From positions 1 to 27,278 of the forward strand of contig NW_021834040.1 in the NCBI RefSeq assembly GCF_006345805.1: a stretch of DNA of 27,278 nucleotides. Direction: 5' to 3'. A program made the translations under genes and the position numbers. This stretch comes from Octopus sinensis. Its lineage: Eukaryota. The notes beneath the pieces were generated by a model. It was not told where the DNA came from. It saw only the letters and a list, made by a program, of their open reading frames with translations, and did not search any database. Below, piece after piece: positions 21,243 to 27,278 of the stretch. How positions within the stretch are numbered: the first letter of the stretch is position 1; each line of letters begins with the position of its first letter.

Positions 21243-21399
21243 TTTTACTATATTTTATTCACTCGAATGTCTTGCTCGCGTACAAATCAACGCGCTTTAA
21301 TGTAAGAATATTCTTGCGTGGTTTTAAGATTTGACTGCCATCTTTAGCACGTAAGAAATCCACATGGTGGTTTTCTCTTAGTGTATGTTTCATACATTA

Positions 21400-21644
21400 T
21401 TACATCTATCTATTCATCTATCTATCTACCTCTCTGTCTGCCTGTTTATCTATCTACCTGTCTGTCTGTCTATCTATCTATCTGCCTGTCTGTCCGTCTA
21501 TCTATCTAGCTATCGTTTATCTACTTGTCTGTCTGTCTGTCTATTATCTATCTATTTTCAATCTAACTATCTTCCTATTTTGTTATCTATCTATCTCTCT
21601 GTCTGTGCGTCTGTTTCGTTATCTGTTGTGTGATTATATATATA

Positions 21645-21692
<48 letters not shown>

Positions 21693-21786
21693 TGTACGAA
21701 TGTATTTATGTACGAATGTATGTATGTATGTATATATGTACGAATGTATGTATGTATATATGTACGTACGTATGTAAGTATGTATG

Positions 21787-21817
<31 letters not shown>

Positions 21818-21930
21818 GTATGTATGTATGTATGTATGTAAGTATGTATGTATGTATGTATGTATGTATGTATGTATGTACATATGTATGCATGTATGTA
21901 TGTGTGTGTGTATGTACGCAATATTATATA
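21400..21930. repeat. Compound (TCTA/TCTG)n, (TA)n and (TATG)n tracts
   Basis: Directly visible. Confidence 0.95.
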
Positions 21931-22379
21931 CATAAACACAAAACTTTCATTTGTTGTTGACTGAGCTCATCAAATGCTTTGTAGCTGTAATGATCTTTAT
22001 CCTTCATCTTACCCAAGGCTACATTATCGATTGTGAACATTTTTTTCCTCCCCAAGATGGAAATTTCGCATCTATTTCTTGCAGGCTGCAACGTAACCAT
22101 GCCGAGGCTCGCTCGCTCGCTCGTTGGTTCGTAAAGTACTGTCGTGATATTATTAGAGTTCTTACTTTTCGTTACCTAAATGAAAAAATAAATAAATGAA
22201 CGTTTGCACTCTAAATAAGAGGGAATATAAATCGTGGTTATTTTACCACAGTTAGACAATTAAGCTAGTCAGCTGTCCAACAGGTGCAAAACTTCTATTG
22301 TAGACACGTTCGTTCTTGACGTGTCTGGAAACTGAATCCTTCTGAAAGACAACCATTTTGGTACGTTATTCCATAACTT

Positions 22380-22725
22380 ACTTACACACAGACACACACA
22401 CTAAACACGCACACAAATACATTCATATAAGTTATTCATATGTATGTGTACACACACGCACGCACTCACGCATGTGTGTGTGTGTGTGTGTTTTGTGTGT
22501 GTGTGTGTGTGTGTCTGTGTGTTTGTGTGTGTGTGTCTGTGTTTGTGTGTGTGTGTGTGTGTGTCTGTGTTTTTGTGTGTGTGTGTTTTTGTGTGTGTGT
22601 CTGTGTTTTTTTGTGTGTGTGTGTGTGTCTGTGTTTTTGTGTGTGTGTGTGTGTCTGGGTTTGTGTGTGTGTGTCTGTGTTTGTGTGTGTGTGTGTGTGT
22701 CTGTGTTTGTGTGTGTGTGTGTGTC

Positions 22726-22780
<55 letters not shown>

Positions 22781-22870
22781 CTGTGTTGTGGTGTGTGTGT
22801 GGTGTATCTGTGTGTGTGTGTATATGTGCGTGTGTGTTTGTGTCTGTTCGTCTCTCTGTGTGTCTGTATG
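22380..22870. repeat. (TG)n-rich array with TC/TT interruptions
   Basis: Directly visible. Confidence 0.95.
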
Positions 22871-23211
22871 TAAATGCACTATATACCAAAGATCTGTTTC
22901 TCAATAGACTTCCAGTCGGCCTTGTAGAAGTTCGGACTGAATAGGATTTGAGTACTATGTGAGTTGAATACATCTTTAATTCATTTGGGATCATTCATCG
23001 TTAGTTTTAATCATGGTCTGAGAAGATTGTCAGTAGTACCTTCACGTTGTGAATAAGGCCCACATTGTTGGTGAAGCAAAATATCGATGCTTAACTTCCG
23101 ATGCTGTGGAAGTTAAGATCAACTAAAAGAAGTGCATTAATGCATTGATCCAGCTTTATCCTTTTAAGCTTTTCCTCAAATTTACCATCAGGCGGTCGAT
23201 ATAATATTACC

Positions 23212-23436
23212 CATTTCTTTATTACCCACAAGGGGCTAAACATAGAAGGGACAAACAAGGACAGACATAGGTATTAAGTCGATTACATCGACCCCAGTGC
23301 GTAACTGGTAGTTAATTTATCGACCCCGAAAGGATGAAAGGTAAAGTCGACCTCGGCGGAATTTGAACTCACAACGTAACGGCAGACGAAATACCGCTAA
23401 GCATTTCGCCCGACGTGCTAACGTTTCTGCCAGCTC
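23212..23436 (-). mobile_element. Family A SINE inserted in the CR1 fragment with a ~14-bp TSD
   Basis: GATATAATATTACC at 23198-23211 and 23437-23450. Confidence 0.93.
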
Positions 23437-23593
23437 GATATAATATTACCACATCAAGTTGCTTTAAATGCACAATGAGTGTCTCACAGACTGGGTTTTG
23501 ACTGTGACTGCAGGATTAAGTGCGTGACATCTTCACGGATGCAACTCCACCAATACTCTTCTTTCTTCTGTCTGTACGGAACACAACATATGT

Positions 23594-23975
23594 GGAAGCA
23601 CTCCGTCGGTTACGACGATGAGGGTTCCGGTTGATCCGAATCAACGGAACAGCCTGCTCGTGAAATTAACGTGTAAGTGGCTGAGCACTCCACAGACCCG
23701 TGTACCCTTACCGTAGTTCTCGGGGATATTCAGCGTGACACAGAGAGTGACAAGGCCGGCCCTTTGAAATACAGGTACAACAGAAACAAGAAGTAAGAGT
23801 GAGAAAAAGAGTGGTGAAAGAGTACAGCAGGGATCACCACCATCCCCTGCCGGAGCCTCGTGGAACTTTTAGGTGTTTTCGCTCAATAAACACTCACAAC
23901 GCCCGGTCTGGGAATCGAAACCGCGATCCTATGACCGAGAGTCCACTGCCCTAACCACTGGGTCATTGCGCCTCC
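23594..23975 (-). mobile_element. Family B SINE, full length
   Basis: Near-identical to 9891-10274; no TSD seen. Confidence 0.92.
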
Positions 23976-24534
23976 ACCTGCAGTAGTATACGACGTTATC
24001 GACGAAGACCACGAGTGTGTGTCTCCGTGTGTTATCGACGAGGCACGAAGCGGCGATTTCTGTGCCCGATATGGAAAGAACGAACCTAAGCTCGCGGTAT
24101 CGCCCACGTACGCGTGGACGTACCCGCGACCGATGCCGGAAGGATGTCACGAGATACTTTTCTGTAAGTGCAATGCATATTGCTTGATTGCATGGAGAAA
24201 GAACACCCAGGTACACAAGTTTGTTTTAGTTGTTGATTTATAAGAAGTCTCTGGTATTTATTAGTAGAATTGGTGTGATTTATGGATGGCTTCGTGGCCG
24301 TCCTGGACCAATTATTTGTGGTTGTATGGTTTTGTGTATGGGTTTACTTAGCTTAGTTTAATTTGTAATCATGACAGCTGCTGCACCATCTTTTGTGCCA
24401 CACCTAAAGACATGAAGCTCTGTGATGGTTCTTCTTTACTGCAGATGTGTTGCATGTTATGGGTTTCTTATGGTGTAATTTTATTCTGCCTTGATGTCTG
24501 AGTGGTGATTAGTTATTATCTTTAGCTATATTGA

Positions 24535-24575
24535 AATTATGTATATGCATGTATGTATACTTTATGTTTTTATGC

Positions 24576-24619
<44 letters not shown>

Positions 24620-24830
24620 CTATGCATATATTTATATATATATACATATACATATATATATATGCATACATACATGCATATATTTATCCATATATATATG
24701 TACACACACATACATGCATATATACATACATATATACATACATACATACATACATACATACATACATACATACATACATACATACATACATACATACATA
24801 CATACATACATACATGCATACACACACACA
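24535..24830. repeat. (TA)n/(CATA)n tract
   Basis: Directly visible. Confidence 0.96.
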
Positions 24831-25105
24831 ATAAATTCTTTAAGCGACACAATCGCTGATCTCCTATAGAGAAAAACAACTCGTTTCCAATTGTCAAACG
24901 GTAAAAAGTGCCATCCTTCTTAGGCCTTAAATGTTAAGACTGGAAAGATATCAATTCAGTCAGGATTTGGTGAAATTTTCTAATTCTTCAGAATATGTTT
25001 ATACATTTACATGAAACCACTGAAATTTTCTGACCGGAAGTTCAATAGAGAGTTAACGATCTTAGATCTTAACAGGATCTGCGTTCTTTCAGCCAAAGTC
25101 TACCC

Positions 25106-25148
<43 letters not shown>

Positions 25149-25790
25149 TACATAACAGAAAATGAAGAAATATTGATGAACAACAATTGACTTTCATCAA
25201 TTACTATTTAATAATTCAATACAAATAGCTGCATCCCATCTAACAATGTGATATGGTATTGTTAGATGCTTCCAATGTGATATGGTATTGCCATTGATAT
25301 GATAACAATATCTATCATATTTGGTAGTAAAGTGATCTGAAACATGGAGCTTAATCAGAGTGAAGAATAAATAAAAACGAAGAACCTAGAGAAGAAAAAA
25401 GAAAAGTTGAAAATGGTTATAATCATACCATTTTGCTTGTGTATCTCTTTGGGACATTAAATTCTTAGCTGAACTTGAAACTATGTGGTTGAGAAGCAAG
25501 CTTCTTACCACACACCCACGTTTGCAACTATAGAAAGAATTCTTGATCAATTTTAAAAAAAGACAAGATCAACCTTTTTTCGGGAAAGTTCAAGATAGGT
25601 TTTTCTATAGTGTGTCATTAAGAAAGTCCCGCGGACAGCAGTTTGCTCATGACTATTTTAATGCAAATGAATCCGCAGTGTATATTCTAAGCACACGAAT
25701 TCAAAAAGTATGTCGTAGAAGTTGGCAGAAAGGGACAGTTGTTTCAAGACGAAAACAATGATCATTTTAGGGTTAACGCATCATAGAGAA

Positions 25791-25960
25791 CAGTGGTTCT
25801 CAGCCGGGGTCCATATGGCCCTTGCAGCCCCCGCATAAGATTGTTGAGGATCCACGCCACAAAATAGTAAATTGAGGATCCACAATAGTATTTTAAAGGC
25901 TTCTGAAAAGATTTTGCTTTAGATATATGTATCGGTATGCAGTACCTGTAGCAGCGGTGG
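25791..25960 (+). mobile_element. Possible hAT (Charlie-like) MITE left end
   Basis: CAGTGGTTCTCAGCCGGGGTCC resembles the CAGTGGTTCTCAACC terminus; no right end found. Confidence 0.5.
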
Positions 25961-26180
25961 TGGTGGTGGGGGGGGAGACGGCGGCTACGGAGGCGGAGAC
26001 AGAGGTGGTGATGGTATTGGTGATGAGGTGGAGGGGTTGGAGCTGGTGGTGAGGTTGAGTGACTGGAGTGGTGGTGGTGGTGGTGTGGTGGTGGTGATGG
26101 TGGTGGTGGTGGTGGTGGTGGTGGTGGTGGTGGTGGTGGTGGTGGTGGTGGTGATAGAGTAGCAATGATGATGATGATGG
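25960..26180. repeat. (GGT)n array
   Basis: Directly visible. Confidence 0.93.
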
Positions 26181-26439
26181 TAACGCTGATGATAATGGCA
26201 GTGACGGTGAAGGGGCGGCGCCTACGGCTGTAAAGTGGTCGCTGTATTATAGTCTGTCTGTCGCTGTTTGCTGTTCAACTATTGTCAGTTCTGACCAGGA
26301 AATATCAATTACGGCAACAAAACGCACGCATTCCAAAGTTTTTGGTGGACGGAGTATTCTAAAAACTACTCACAACAACAGTAATAACAACAACAATGAC
26401 CACGACGATGACTACAACAATGAGACAAGCAGCTGTATT

Positions 26440-26807
26440 GTAATAATGGATACATACGTACATACATATATACATGCATGGATGCATACATACATACATG
26501 CATGCATACGTATGTACGTACATACATACATACATACATGCATGGATGCATGCATGCATACATACGTACATGCATGCATACTTGCAAACATATACATACA
26601 TACAAGCATACATACATACATGCATGGATGCATACGTACATACATACATACGTATGTACATACATACACACATACATACATACATACATACATACATATG
26701 TAAATGCATGTATGCATGTATGCATGCATACATGCATACATACATACACACATACATACATACACACATACATACATACATACATAATACATACACACAT
26801 ACATACA

Positions 26808-26838
<31 letters not shown>

Positions 26839-27003
26839 GTAAATGCATGTATGCATGTATGCATGCATACATGCATACATACGTACATGCATGCATACTT
26901 GCATACATATACATACATACATGCATACATATATACATGCATGGATGCATGCGTACATACATACATGCATACATTCATTCATACATACATACGTACATAA
27001 ACA
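26440..27003. repeat. (CATA)n/(CATG)n compound array with higher-order structure
   Basis: Directly visible; longer blocks recur. Confidence 0.95.
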
Positions 27004-27022
27004 TAGGGAATGCCATAGCTAC

Positions 27023-27076
<54 letters not shown>
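27023..27076. repeat. (GATA)n microsatellite
   Basis: Directly visible. Confidence 0.97.
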
Positions 27077-27278
27077 TGTTTCTTTATTAGCCACACAGGG
27101 CTGCACACAGATAGAACAAATTACAAGGTAGAGCTTTTCGTTTGAAGGTTTAAAAAAAAAAAAAAAGGAAGGGGGAGTTTCGATCAAAAGGGATCGTAAA
27201 AGGAGAGAAGAGGACAAAAAAGGGGGGTTAAAAAAAGGGGGAGAGGAAAAAAAATTGATCAATAGGGATCGTTATCAC
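27077..27278 (-). mobile_element. Probable LINE 3' UTR/terminus (Tx1-like?) running into (TATC)n
   Basis: Minus strand: pyrimidine-rich UTR, small hairpin AGCC-ctgtgt-GGCT, AATAAA, then directly (TATC)n. No coding part is in the window. Confidence 0.5.

Larger units (their letters stand above)
19741..21395. mobile_element. Hammerhead-carrying AT-rich repeat family: unit 1 (19741-20230), unit 2 (20231-~20999, interrupted by mariner) and inverted unit 3 (21151-21395)
   Basis: AACTTTATAAATATA starts at 19741 and 20231 (490-bp period); 21151-21395 is the reverse complement of parts of both units. Confidence 0.8.
22890..24290 (-). mobile_element. Decayed CR1-like LINE APE-endonuclease region split by three insertions
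   Basis: Collinear on the minus strand: AICIALTEKYL (~24160-24190), YVVFRTDR..GGV, CETLIVHL, YRPPDG and [10 protein letters not shown] (~22910). Confidence 0.72.

Noticed and set aside
22075-22140. Possible micro-exon (TTTCTTGCAG acceptor, GTAAAG donor)
   Set aside because: The donor is weak, there are no partner exons and the peptide is not recognizable.
24975-24995. Minus-strand CTGAAGA-atta-GAAA
   Set aside because: Only 4 nt lie between the core halves, so no stem II, and there is no stem I or III.
25172-25290. 9-bp hairpin (ATTGATGAA/TTCATCAAT) and an 18-bp direct repeat (CAATGTGATATGGTATTG x2)
   Set aside because: Short and AT-rich; consistent with chance or local slippage.
25543-25761. 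DYFNANESAVY resembling pogo/Tigger FNADETG
   Set aside because: A single weak motif with no TIRs or other transposase features.
718-27029. Numerous long ORFs of poly-I/L/Y, YIHT, CV, poly-D/H/V/G
   Set aside because: They are translations of microsatellites with no recognizable domain or splice context.

Overview
Repeat-saturated, apparently non-coding eukaryotic DNA. The SINE families and microsatellite load resemble a coleoid cephalopod, probably Octopus; this is recognition from memory, not a database result. I found no supportable host gene, tRNA or rRNA. Most ORFs in the track are translated microsatellites, which cover roughly one fifth of the window. The rest is mobile-element debris: Tx1/L1-like, RTE, CR1-like and R4/Dong-like LINE fragments, a Penelope-like (PLE) fragment, three tRNA-derived SINE families, two mariner deletion derivatives, a complete non-autonomous Helitron and single transposon ends. 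The main unannotated signal is six hammerhead-ribozyme-like (type I) motifs. One has a fully intact catalytic core (14905-14984) and is fused in inverted orientation to the PLE fragment. Two lie in a 490-bp tandem/inverted repeat (19741-21395) and carry complementary lesions that together rebuild an active-looking ribozyme, making a candidate retrozyme or PLE pseudo-LTR family. Three are decayed or minimal, plus one weaker remnant in the 256-bp tandem pair. Secondary signals are apparent microsatellite-targeted LINE insertion at (GATA)n and (AAT)n, and a shared 3' tail between the commonest SINE and a LINE. All structures were folded by eye and coordinates are approximate to a few bases unless stated.
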